Assembly (NCBI GenBank): GCA_044221725.1
Contig: JBGAON010000003.1
Span: 128,001 to 192,000, forward strand
Direction of reading: 5' to 3'
Source: Elusimicrobiota bacterium
GTDB taxonomy: Bacteria > Elusimicrobiota > Elusimicrobia > F11
Length of the DNA stretch: 64,000 nucleotides
Shown here: in pieces, positions 1-9,800 of the stretch
Layout: each line of letters opens with the position of its first letter
Position numbering within the stretch: position 1 is the first letter of the stretch
The notes under the pieces: model-generated
What the model was told of the DNA's origin: nothing
Databases searched by the model: none
What the model saw: only the letters and a program-made list of their open reading frames with translations
Made by a program: the position numbers and the translations under genes

Positions 1-2
1 AA

Positions 3-308
3 ACCGAAGGCATGCTGCACGGTTTTCTCACCGCCAGCCTTGGGACGCTTTTTGTTCTGTATTTGATGACAACGGCCGTGCGCGGAATTTTCGGAACGGC
101 GTTCAACTTGTTTAACAACAACTTAAACTCGTTGAACGGGAACGTGACGCAGCAAACAAATCAGGCGGCGCAGACGGCTGCGCCCGGCGTCGCGACAGCG
201 GCATATGCCTCGTTCGGTTTGCTGCTTTTGGGATGCGGAGCGGCAATGTGGGGCGGCTACGTAAGCGCGCCCAAGGAAGTTAAGAAGAGAGCCCCCGCAG
301 CTGTGTAA
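3..308 (+). CDS. Membrane protein, C-terminal fragment (starts before the window)
   Basis: Frame open from base 3; two hydrophobic helices separated by an Asn/Gln/Ala-rich linker; basic C-terminal tail. Confidence 0.7.
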   Translation, partial: TEGMLHGFLTASLGTLFVLYLMTTAVRGIFGTAFNLFNNNLNSLNGNVTQQTNQAAQTAAPGVATAAYASFGLLLLGCGAAMWGGYVSAPKEVKKRAPAAV

Positions 309-320
309 GACGATTTCGTC

Positions 321-364
321 TGAAAACAAAATCGCCGCCGCGTCCTTTTGACGCGGCGGCGATT
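321..364 (-). terminator. Intrinsic terminator-like hairpin, possibly bidirectional
   Basis: 15-bp perfect inverted repeat aatcgccgccgcgtc/gacgcggcggcgatt (330-364); T-rich tract follows on the minus strand. Confidence 0.65.
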
Positions 365-404
365 CCTCAATATGTACGATTCCGCCCAAGTCCAGATTTG
401 GGGG

Positions 405-432
405 AATAAAAAACCCCTCCATGAGAGGGGTT
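405..432 (-). terminator. Intrinsic terminator of tRNA-Leu
   Basis: Stem aacccctc/gaggggtt with a T tract on the minus strand, directly after the tRNA 3' end. Confidence 0.7.
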
Positions 433-435
433 AAT

Positions 436-518
436 TACCGGCGATAGGACTTGAACCTACACACCCGTGAAGGTATCAGATTTTGAGTCTGACGCGTCTG
501 CCATTCCGCCACGCCGGC
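436..518 (-). tRNA. tRNA-Leu(CAA)
   Basis: Reverse complement folds as a cloverleaf: GCCGGCG acceptor, anticodon arm TCAGA-CTCAAAA-TCTGA, long variable arm, GTTCAAGTC T loop; CCA not encoded. Confidence 0.95.
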
Positions 519-527
519 GAGGCGCGG

Positions 528-536
528 ATTGTAGCA
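528..536 (-). promoter_or_regulatory. Extended -10 promoter for tRNA-Leu
   Basis: TGCTACAAT on the minus strand, followed by a GC-rich discriminator just before the tRNA. Confidence 0.55.
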
Positions 537-722
537 AATGGTCCAATCGCGGCTTACACGATGAGTTTTGTTCGGCTCGTTACCAAGGCCTTTTCTTAAA
601 AGGTACACTCGCACGAAACCCAAAGGGCCTCCTATTGCACAGCGATGTCGGCACGGCCTCAATTATGTCGGGTTTGCTGTGTGAAACACAAAACAAAATT
701 AGTCGAAAAGGATACTCCGAAA

Positions 723-2288
723 ATGAAAAAACAGATCGGGGCACTGATCTCATTATTTTTTACGTTATCAACGGCATTTCCACCCGCCTCATTTGCGTCT
801 AATAACCCTCAAGAAAAAAAGAAACCGAATATTTTAATTATATGGGGAGATGATGTCGGCTATTGGAACATCAGCGCCTATAACCAAGGAATGATGGGAT
901 ACAGAACTCCCAACATCGATCGTTTGGCAAAAGAAGGCGGACTGTTTACCGATTGGTACGGACAACAGAGTTGTACCGCCGGACGCTCCTGCTTTATCAC
1001 GGGCCAAGTGGGATTTCGCACCGGCATGTTGAAGGTGGGCTTGCCTGGCGCTTCGGAAGGACTTAAGGCACGTGACGTAACGATCGCCGAATTGCTCAAA
1101 GCACAGGGGTACAAAACCGGCCAGTTTGGCAAGAACCATCTCGGGGATCGCGATGAACATCTCCCCACCGCTCACGGTTTCGATGAATTCTATGGGTCGC
1201 TGTATCACTTAAATGCCGAGCAAGAGCCGGAGCATCCGGATTATTTTAAAGACCCAGAAATGCGAAAAAAGTACGGGACGCGCGGCGTCATTCATTCATG
1301 GGCGAAACCAGACGGGAGTCAAAAGATTGAGTCTACAGGCCCCCTCACTATCGAACGCATGAAGACCGTTGATGAAGAGTTCACGAAGGAAGCGTTGCGT
1401 TTTATGGACGAATCGAACAAGGAAGGGAAGCCATTTTTTGTCTGGTGGAATTCTACTCGCATGCACATCTGGACGCATTTAAAAACGGAGTCCAATGGCA
1501 AAACCGGTTTGGGTGTCTATCCTGACGGAATGGTCGAGCACGATGCAATGGTTGGCCAGCTACTGGACAAGCTCAGAGAACTCGGTCTCGATGATAACAC
1601 GATTGTCATGTATTCAACCGATAACGGCGCGGAAAAAATGACGTGGCCTGATGGTGGAGCATCTCCGTTTCGTAACGAGAAGGGAAGCAACTGGGAAGGG
1701 GCTTATCGTGTTCCGTGCATTATCCGATGGCCTGGGGTTGTTAAGGGTGGAACCGTTTACAACGATATTTTCGCTCACGAAGACATGCTCCCCACTTTGC
1801 TTGCGGCCGCGGGAGCGCCGGACGTGAAGTCGCGACTTCTTAAAGGAACGAAAGTCGGCGGCAAGTCATTCAAAGTTCATCTCGACGGCTACAACCTTGC
1901 GGACGCACTGGTCAGAAAGTCACCGAGCCCGCGCCATGAGTTCTATTACTTCAATGATGACGGCTCGCTCGTCGGACTTCGGTACAACCAATACAAAGTT
2001 GTTTTTGCTGAGCAACGCAGTCACGGGTTCGATGTTTGGCAGGAACCATTCACGCCGCTGCGCGTGCCCAAGCTTTTTAATTTGCGTTCGGATCCCTTTG
2101 AGACGGCGGATCACGATTCGATCGACTATGCTCGATGGCGGATTGATCATCTGTTTGTGCTTGTGCCGGCGCAACAGTATGTCGCGCAATTTTTAGGGAC
2201 GTTTCGCGAATTTCCGCCAAGCCAAAAGCCGGGAAGCTTTGCGCTCGACAAGGTACTCGAGTCTCTCCAAGCACCGTCTGGTAATTGA
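723..2288 (+). CDS. Secreted arylsulfatase (Cys-type sulfatase)
   Basis: Signal peptide; KPNILIIWGDD, SCTAGR formylglycine motif, GKNHLG, STDNG; start moved to the ATG at 723. Confidence 0.9.
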   Translation: MKKQIGALISLFFTLSTAFPPASFASNNPQEKKKPNILIIWGDDVGYWNISAYNQGMMGYRTPNIDRLAKEGGLFTDWYGQQSCTAGRSCFITGQVGFRTGMLKVGLPGASEGLKARDVTIAELLKAQGYKTGQFGKNHLGDRDEHLPTAHGFDEFYGSLYHLNAEQEPEHPDYFKDPEMRKKYGTRGVIHSWAKPDGSQKIESTGPLTIERMKTVDEEFTKEALRFMDESNKEGKPFFVWWNSTRMHIWTHLKTESNGKTGLGVYPDGMVEHDAMVGQLLDKLRELGLDDNTIVMYSTDNGAEKMTWPDGGASPFRNEKGSNWEGAYRVPCIIRWPGVVKGGTVYNDIFAHEDMLPTLLAAAGAPDVKSRLLKGTKVGGKSFKVHLDGYNLADALVRKSPSPRHEFYYFNDDGSLVGLRYNQYKVVFAEQRSHGFDVWQEPFTPLRVPKLFNLRSDPFETADHDSIDYARWRIDHLFVLVPAQQYVAQFLGTFREFPPSQKPGSFALDKVLESLQAPSGN

Positions 2289-2332
2289 ACGTCGACTAGA
2301 TTCGTGCGTTAGCTCGGCGCGAAAATGCAGTT

Positions 2333-3304
2333 ATGAAAGTCATACTTACCGGCGCGGCCGGATTCATCGGGAGTTGTTATCTCCGCAAATTAAACGATCT
2401 CGGTATCGACGACGTCTGGCTCGTTGATGCCGGTGACGACGAGAGAAACTCGCCGAATCTCCGTACCAAGAAATTTCGAGATTATTTATCGCGCGAGAAA
2501 CTCCTTGAGTCCTTCGACAAAAACCGGCTAAAAGAAATCAATTTGATTGTGCACATGGGCGCGTGTTCGGACACCACCGAAATGGACCGCGCGTTCTTAA
2601 AGAAAAACAATACCGCGTACAGCCAAATTCTTGCAAAGTGGGCATTGGCCAACGGCGCGCGGTTCCATTATGCCTCGAGCGCCTCGGTTTACGGCGATGG
2701 GAAAGACGGCTACAGTGATGATGATAAATTCCTCTCAATTTTTAAGCCGCTTAATCCTTACGCCGAATCGAAACATGCATTTGATGCGTGGCTTATCAAA
2801 GAGAATTTAACAAACAAGGTTGTCGGTTTCCGTTACTTTAACGTTTTCGGTCCGAACGAATATCACAAAGGTGAGATGCGGAGCATGGTTTGCAAAGCGG
2901 TTGATCAGATTAGAAAAGAGGGATCCGTACGTTTGTTCGCGACAAGCCGCGAAGGTTACGGCAATGGTTCGGAAGAACGGGATTTTGTGTACGTTAAAGA
3001 CGTGAACGAAGTAATGGCTTACTTTTTGGAACACCCCGACAAAAACGGAATTTTTAATGTGGGTTCGGGAAAGGCCCGAACATTTAAGGATCTCATGCTC
3101 GCCGTCTTCAAGGCCATGGGATTGGAGCCGAACATCACTTACATACCTATGCCCGAAAAATTGCGTGGCCAATACCAGTACTACACGCAAGCGGATCTCT
3201 CGAAACTTCGCGCGATCGGCTACAAGAAACCGTTTCTTTCGCTTGAAGATTCGGTGGTCGACTACGTCCAAAAGCACCTGACAGCGGAAAACCCCATCTA
3301 CTAG
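2333..3304 (+). CDS. hldD: ADP-L-glycero-D-manno-heptose 6-epimerase
   Basis: TGAAGFIGS, HMGACSDTTE, YASSASVYG, PLNPYAESK, RYFNVFGPNEYHKG, RDFVYVKD, YQYYTQAD. Confidence 0.93.
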   Translation: MKVILTGAAGFIGSCYLRKLNDLGIDDVWLVDAGDDERNSPNLRTKKFRDYLSREKLLESFDKNRLKEINLIVHMGACSDTTEMDRAFLKKNNTAYSQILAKWALANGARFHYASSASVYGDGKDGYSDDDKFLSIFKPLNPYAESKHAFDAWLIKENLTNKVVGFRYFNVFGPNEYHKGEMRSMVCKAVDQIRKEGSVRLFATSREGYGNGSEERDFVYVKDVNEVMAYFLEHPDKNGIFNVGSGKARTFKDLMLAVFKAMGLEPNITYIPMPEKLRGQYQYYTQADLSKLRAIGYKKPFLSLEDSVVDYVQKHLTAENPIY

Positions 3305-3318
3305 CTCCAGAAATTCGA

Positions 3319-3350
3319 AACCCTCCGGCGCCATTTTGCACCGGAGGGTT
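3319..3350. terminator. Hairpin between convergent genes (probable bidirectional terminator)
   Basis: 10-bp stem aaccctccgg/ccggagggtt between the stops at 3304 and 3375. Confidence 0.6.
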
Positions 3351-3374
3351 CCCTCGGCCGATTCGGTTTAATTC

Positions 3375-4631
3375 TTAAGGAATGATGATCTTCATTCCCT
3401 TTTCAATTTGTTTCGGGTCATCGATCAGATGGCGATTTGCGGTGTAGATCGCTTGCCATTTGCGCTTATCTCCCAGTTCGCTGCGGGCGATCGAAGCCAG
3501 TGTGTCGCCTTCTTTGACGACGTATACGCGGCGCTGCGATTGACGAACGGGAGCCCGTAAAATTGTCTCTCCGCCCAACGAATGACGGTGTTCGCTGACG
3601 GCTCCTGCGACGGGCGCCGCCACATTCTCGGCAATCGCGGAATCGTCGGCCTTGCGTTTTTTCGCTTCCTGAATTTCTCGTTTCGTGGAGGTCTGCACCT
3701 TGGCGAATGCCGGAGTCGCGTCAATCCCGCCCCCAAAGCTTAGGCCGAGGCTCAGTTTGTGCTGGGCATCCAATTGGTTCATCATCCCAAACGAGTAATC
3801 GAGATTCGTGCGGCCCAAACGAAATCCGGTTCCGAGAGTAAGTTTCTTCAAATCGCCTGCCTGATAACCGGCGCGAAGCGCCAATGGTCCGAACGCGGTT
3901 TCAAGACCGACGGATGGCGTCGACGTCTTATCGAACGCCATGTAAGATTCGTTCACGAGCATCATAACGCTCGTTCGACCTGACAACAGCGCGAAAGAAG
4001 CCCCCAGGTTGTACGTGCGGGGCAAATTATCTCCTTCCGACAAATAAGTGATTTTGTTTCCATAGTTCAAAACGGACGCGCCCAAACGAAAACGTGACGT
4101 AATCTGCATTCCCAGGCCCGCATCAAACGCGTAGGTGGAGGCGCTGTAGGTTCCGAGCAAGGTTGATTGCATGTATTTACCGGCAATACCCATTTCGAAG
4201 CCACGAAAATTGTGCGCGAACGCCAGATTGCCAACCATGTCACGTTGAGCCGATTGGGAACTCGTGGTTCCATCCGCATTTGCCGTTTCAATTGTTCCAG
4301 CATCGTAGTAATTGAACGAGAAACCCCAGGCGGATTTCAACGATGACGTACGTGAGCCGACCAAAAACTGGCCGTTGGTGTCTCCGATCAAACCGGGTCC
4401 ATAAAACAACGAAGCTTGTCCGGATTCCAAAGATAATAGCGACGACGGGTTGTAGACCATGCCTCCGATATCGTTCGCAATGGCGGTTCCCGCCTCACCA
4501 AGGGCGGAAATACGTGCGGTTCCTTCGGTCACAAGCGAAAGGGCGCCTGAGGCGCCAGCGCTGGCATGGATCTTCATCGGAAGTGCTGCAAGAACGCTGC
4601 TAAATATCGCAACAAACGCTGCTTTTGCCAT
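3375..4631 (-). CDS. PorV/PorQ-like outer-membrane beta-barrel with C-terminal LysM domain
   Basis: Signal peptide; ARISALGEA...YNPSSL N-terminal motif; beta strands ending DYSFG...HKLSLGLSF; LysM YVVKEGDTLASIA...WQAIYTANR...IEKGMKIIIP. Confidence 0.75.
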   Translation of the reverse strand: MAKAAFVAIFSSVLAALPMKIHASAGASGALSLVTEGTARISALGEAGTAIANDIGGMVYNPSSLLSLESGQASLFYGPGLIGDTNGQFLVGSRTSSLKSAWGFSFNYYDAGTIETANADGTTSSQSAQRDMVGNLAFAHNFRGFEMGIAGKYMQSTLLGTYSASTYAFDAGLGMQITSRFRLGASVLNYGNKITYLSEGDNLPRTYNLGASFALLSGRTSVMMLVNESYMAFDKTSTPSVGLETAFGPLALRAGYQAGDLKKLTLGTGFRLGRTNLDYSFGMMNQLDAQHKLSLGLSFGGGIDATPAFAKVQTSTKREIQEAKKRKADDSAIAENVAAPVAGAVSEHRHSLGGETILRAPVRQSQRRVYVVKEGDTLASIARSELGDKRKWQAIYTANRHLIDDPKQIEKGMKIIIP

Positions 4632-4820
4632 TTGTTTGTCTCTCTTCCGTCGAACCATAGTTCTATTTAGGGCTCCTTTAAAAAATTGTAAAGGTGACAT
4701 CTGTCATTTTCCTTGATGCGAATTGGTTTGGTTTCATCCAAAGTAATGCATCGGTGCTGCCACGGGTGGGGAGTGGCTTATTTGGTAACCTTATTTCGTT
4801 ATTTTGAGAGGGAGGTTTTT

Positions 4821-5588
4821 ATGCAGCGGTCAAGGCTTGTGTTGATACTCAGTTCCTTTCTATTGGCGGCCTGCGCGACGGTGCAATACACCGGTCGACA
4901 CCAATTCAATTTGGTTTCCGAGTCGGACGAAATGAAGATGGGTGACGAGGCTTATGCGGATGTGCTGAAGAAAAATCCGATTACTAAGAACGCAGATTAT
5001 CAACGACGGGTAAAAGAGGTCGGTGCCCGCATAAAAGCAGCCGCCGATAAACCGGACTACCAATGGGAATTTAATGTGTTGCAGGGAAAAGATGTAAATG
5101 CGTTTTGTTTGCCCGGAGGCAAAGTGGCCTTTTGGGAAGCGATTATTCCGATTTGCCAAACCTACGAGGGAATTGCCGTCGTCATGGGACACGAAGTGGC
5201 CCATGCGCTGGCGCATCACGGTGCCGAGCGAATGAGTCAAGGAATGGGCGCGGAGCTGGTCGGTCAATTGTTGTCGGTAGGACTCGGCAAGGCTGATCCC
5301 GCGGTACGCGACGGAGCCCTTCAAGCATACGGTCTTGGCGCTCAGGTTGGTGTTATGCTGCCATTTAGCCGCAAACACGAGTCGGAGGCCGATCACATCG
5401 GACTCATCCTTATGGCGAAAGCCGGCTACGACCCGCGCACCGCCGTCGAATTTTGGAAACGAATGGCCAGTCAGGGCGACGGACAGAAACCGCCCGAATT
5501 TTTATCGACTCATCCGGCAGACGAAACCCGAATCAAGCAGATTGAAGAATGGTTGCCAGAAGCCCTGACGTATTACAAAGGGACATGA
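4821..5588 (+). CDS. M48 family Zn-metallopeptidase lipoprotein
   Basis: GGAGG SD; lipobox LAAC; NAFCLPGGK, HEVAH, SRKHESEAD, FLSTHP. Confidence 0.92.
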   Translation: MQRSRLVLILSSFLLAACATVQYTGRHQFNLVSESDEMKMGDEAYADVLKKNPITKNADYQRRVKEVGARIKAAADKPDYQWEFNVLQGKDVNAFCLPGGKVAFWEAIIPICQTYEGIAVVMGHEVAHALAHHGAERMSQGMGAELVGQLLSVGLGKADPAVRDGALQAYGLGAQVGVMLPFSRKHESEADHIGLILMAKAGYDPRTAVEFWKRMASQGDGQKPPEFLSTHPADETRIKQIEEWLPEALTYYKGT

Positions 5589-6388
5589 GCAAAAAACTCG
5601 CCGTTGTCATTAATCCCGACAAGTCTCGCGCACGCGAGGAAATGCCGCGTCTGTCCAAATGGTGCAAGAGTCGGAAAATCTCGCTGGTGGCGGGCTCGAA
5701 CTTTCAGAAGGCCGATGCCATTGTGACGCTCGGAGGTGACGGAACAATTTTGTCGATTGCACCGAAAGCCGCAGTGCTCGGCGTTCCGGTATTGGGTGTA
5801 AATATTGGACGGTTGGGTTTTATGACGGCCATCGACCTCGAGGGGTTTTACCCTGCACTGGAGGCGTGGCTTTCTAAAAAGCTGATCATCAGCGAGCGTT
5901 TGATGCTCGAAGTTCGGGCTCCTCGGGTTAAAGTGCCGCTTTTCGCGCTGAACGATGCGGTCATCCGGATTGGTTCCACCACCCGAGTGACGAATATTTC
6001 TGCTTCAATCGAGAACGAAGAATTGGGGCAATTTACCGGTGACGGCGTCATTGTTTCCACGCCGACCGGATCAACCGCCTATTCGTTGGCGGCCCAAGGT
6101 CCGGTCGTTCATCCGGAAGTAGAAGCGTTTGTGCTAACGCCTATCTGTGCGCACAGTTTTACGCAACGACCGGTTGTTTTTCCTAAACACCAGACTCTGC
6201 AACTTCGATTAAAGGATCAGCGAAAAGGCAACCAGGTTCAATTGTGCCTCGACGGCCAGCGCGTCTTCGTTTTGAAGACGGATGACGAAGTGAGCGTGCG
6301 GTGCGCGCAACATAAACTAAAATTGTTTCAGGATCCCAATGTTTCCTATTTCCGGGTTCTGCGAGAAAAACTATCTTGGGGAGAATGA
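5585..6388 (+). CDS. nadK: NAD kinase
   Basis: GGDGT, GVNIGRLGF, LND, GDGVIVSTPTGSTAYSLAAQGP; ATGA overlap with the upstream gene. Confidence 0.93.
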   Translation: MSKKLAVVINPDKSRAREEMPRLSKWCKSRKISLVAGSNFQKADAIVTLGGDGTILSIAPKAAVLGVPVLGVNIGRLGFMTAIDLEGFYPALEAWLSKKLIISERLMLEVRAPRVKVPLFALNDAVIRIGSTTRVTNISASIENEELGQFTGDGVIVSTPTGSTAYSLAAQGPVVHPEVEAFVLTPICAHSFTQRPVVFPKHQTLQLRLKDQRKGNQVQLCLDGQRVFVLKTDDEVSVRCAQHKLKLFQDPNVSYFRVLREKLSWGE

Positions 6389-6885
6389 TGAAAAAAGCCC
6401 TTTTTTCTGTTGGCCTATTAGTAACTTTAATTTTGCCTGTGCATGCCGATCACAGTGGCGATCAAGGAATTGGTCTGATGCTCGGAAATCCGAGCGGCGC
6501 TTCTTATAAGGTATGGCTCAATAACATTGCCGCAATTGATGCCGCTGTAGGTGTCGCCCAAGGTGATTTCGATATTCACGCGACGTTGCTCTGGCACAAT
6601 TTTACATGGGCGAAGGGAATCAACGATCGGCTTATCAAAGGAATTACCGACAGCGGCGATTTCCCATTTTATTTCGGTGTCGGTCCGCGCGTCTTATTTC
6701 AAGGCAACACGGAAGTCGGATTGCGTTTTCCGGTCGGTTTGTCTTATCTGCCGAACAAAACGGATTGGGAATTTTTTACGGAAGTAGCGCCCGTATTGCG
6801 TTTTACGCCCGACACAGGAATTGATGCTGATTTTGCGATCGGTGCGCGTTACTATTTTCCGGCCGTCCGCCCGATGGGACAATAA
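6385..6885 (+). CDS. Small outer-membrane beta-barrel protein (DUF3996-like)
   Basis: Signal peptide; GIGLMLGNPSG...FYFGVG...GLRFPVGL...EFFTEVAP...GARYYF amphipathic strand pattern. Confidence 0.65.
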   Translation: MMKKALFSVGLLVTLILPVHADHSGDQGIGLMLGNPSGASYKVWLNNIAAIDAAVGVAQGDFDIHATLLWHNFTWAKGINDRLIKGITDSGDFPFYFGVGPRVLFQGNTEVGLRFPVGLSYLPNKTDWEFFTEVAPVLRFTPDTGIDADFAIGARYYFPAVRPMGQ

Positions 6886-9800
6886 TTGAAAGTCGATCCG
6901 CGCTTTACAAAAACATCCGGCGTTGAAGCTTACACAGGCAACGAGCTGCTCGTGAAAGGCGCCCTCGAAGCGGGCGTCGGTCTCATTACCGGTTATCCAG
7001 GTTCTCCTGTTTCTGAAGTTTTTGATGCCATTAGCGAAGTTTCTCCCTATCTCGTTGAGCGCGGTGTTGTGGCTCAAATTGCGAACAACGAAGCGCTCGC
7101 TACGGCTCGATTGAACGGAGCTCGCCAAGCAGGCTTGCGCGCAATGGCCGTTATGAAATCCGTCGGATTGCACGTGGGCGCCGACGGGCTCGCAATTGGA
7201 AATCTCATGGAAATGCGCAAGCGCGATGGCGGCGCTGTTGTTGTGGTGGGCGACGATCCATGGAACGAAACGACGCAAATCAATTCCGATTCTCGTTTTT
7301 TATCCAAGCATCTCAGTATGCCGCTTTTGGAGCCGTCGACATTTCAGGAAATAAAAGATTGGGTGAATGTCGCATTTGATCTGTCGGGTTGTTCCGATTT
7401 GTATGTGACCTATCTTCTTACCACGAACCAAGCGGATGGAGGGGGAACTGTAAAAGTCCATCCGCATCCGGAAATCCCAATTAACCATCTTCATCCGGCG
7501 ACACTCTCCAGTTCCGAAATTCATCTCGCGGATTCTGTTCTTATTCCGCCCCACACGTCGATGCGCGAAGCCACATTGGCCGAACGTTTTCAGCGATTGA
7601 CAAAACGTGCGCGCGAAATTGGTGTGAACCAGTGGCATGGCCCCAAGCGCGTTCGTATGCCTGTGGGATTTATTACGTCGGGACTCGCGTATTCCTATCT
7701 CGAAGAGGTGCTGCGCTTGCTGGGACTCTGGACGCGCACGCCGGTCCTCAAATTGGGAATGACCTATCCGGTTGATGCAGAGGACGTTTTTGATATCGCG
7801 AATCACGTTGAACATTTGGTGATCGTTGAAGAGAAGAGAGGTTTTCTCGAATCACAAGTTTCTGAGATTTTGACGGACCTCCGTCAGACCGGTCGCTTAA
7901 CGAAACCGCCAGCGTTGTGGGGAAAGAAATTTCCGAACGATGAGCCTGGCTTCCCTTCGGTGCGCGGACTCAATGTGTCCGTGGTGCTTGAAGTTCTTGG
8001 CCCGGCATTTCTACGTTGGAAAGAATATTTCCCGACGCTAAACGTGGACCGGATTGAAAGGGAGTTGGCTGAGATTGTTCACACGCGCTCGTCTTCTTAC
8101 GATGTGCCGCTTCGAACTCCGACCTTTTGCCCAGGTTGTCCGCATCGCGATTCTTCGACGGTTAGTTTGAAAATGAAAACGAACTTCATGAAGTTCGATT
8201 ACATGGAACAGAAGAAATCAAAGCCCGTTGATGTGGTCTTCCACGGAGAATCGGGATGCCATTCGATGTTGCAATTCGCTCCGAACGAAGGGCTTATGCA
8301 AAATTACTCGGGCATGGGATTGGGCGGTGGTACCGGCGCTGGGATGGCGCCGTTTGTGACCAACAAACAGCTCGTGTTTCTCGGTGACTCAACATTTTTT
8401 CATTCGGGAATGATCGCGATTTCGGATTCGATCAAGAACAGCCAGGACATCACGTACGTGATTCTTGAAAACAAAACAACCGCGATGACCGGCCATCAGC
8501 CGACGCCCGGAAACGAAGTCGATGTGATGGGCGCCGCAACGGTCTCACAGAATATCGAAAATGTTTTGAATGGTTTAGCGCCGCAAGGATTGAAAGTCAT
8601 CCGCACAAACCCCGCCGACCGCGACGCTTATCAAGCGCTTTTGGAAAGCACCGTTCTCGAGAAAGGTGTCAAAGTGATCATCGCGGACAAGGAATGCGCG
8701 ATCACGCTTTACCGCCGGAAGAACGCTGAAAAGAAAAACGTGATTAAAGAAATGGGTTTTCTTCCGAAAGAAGAAAAAATCAACATCACGCCGGAAGTTT
8801 GTGAATACTGTCTCGAGTGCACTCGCCAAACGGGCTGCCCCGGTCTTACCGTTGAAGAAACTGCCTACGGGCGAAAAATCGCGACGGATCTTTCCACCTG
8901 CGTGGATGATGGCGCCTGTTCACGCACAAAGGCGTGTCCGTCATTTGAGAAGGTTGTAATAACGCGCCAGAACGCGCCAAAGAAAAAAGAATTTTCCAAG
9001 TTTGATTTCTCGGATTTGATTGAACCGTCTATTCAGTCGTTTGACGACCGCTGGGCTGCTTACACGGCCGGCGTCGGTGGCATGGGCGCTGGAATTGTGA
9101 ACGCGGTTCTCGTGCGCGCCGGAATGACGGAAGGCTTTGATGTGAGTTTCCTTGATAAGAAAGGACTCGCGATTCGAAATGGCGGCGTTTATGGTCATAT
9201 CGTTTTCTCGAAGAAAGGCCCGGTCAGCTCGCCGGTCATCCCGTATGGAAAGGCCGACCTTTTGATCGGTCTCGATCTTTTGGAAGCGGCGCGCGCGCTC
9301 GATGCGCGGATGAATTTGCGTGTGGCGCATCCGGCTCGCACGCACGGCGTCATCAACAATCACAAACACGAGACGGTTTTGTCGCTTATGGGCCGTGTGG
9401 ATTTCAATCCGCAAAAGCTTGAAGATGTGATCCGTGCGAAGGTTCGACTCGGTGGCTATGTTTCGGCCGACTTCTCCAGTTTGTCGGAACAGCACATAGG
9501 CTCAAAGTTATACGCGAACATGATGATTCTCGGCTCTGCATATCAGAAAGGTTGGATTCCGCTTTCCGAGGGCCGGTTGCTCGCAGCGATAAAAGAAACG
9601 GTTCGTAAAGCGGATATTGAATCGAACAATTTGGCGTTTAAGTTGGGACGTTATTTTGCCGCGCATCCGGAACTGTTACACCCCGAATACAAACGCGAAT
9701 CGGTAACCGAGGTCATCGAGAAAAACGCGCGCTTGTTGGAAAAAGATTCCTGGCTCCAAGGGCCACGCCTTGCACGGCAGTACAGAAGACTTATGGATCA

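Noticed and set aside
436..518. tRNA-Leu as an integration site
   Set aside because: No integrase, and no duplicate of the tRNA 3' end was noticed in the window.
435..802. ORFs 435-662 (-) and 467-802 (+)
   Set aside because: They overlap the tRNA and the sulfatase start; shadow ORFs.
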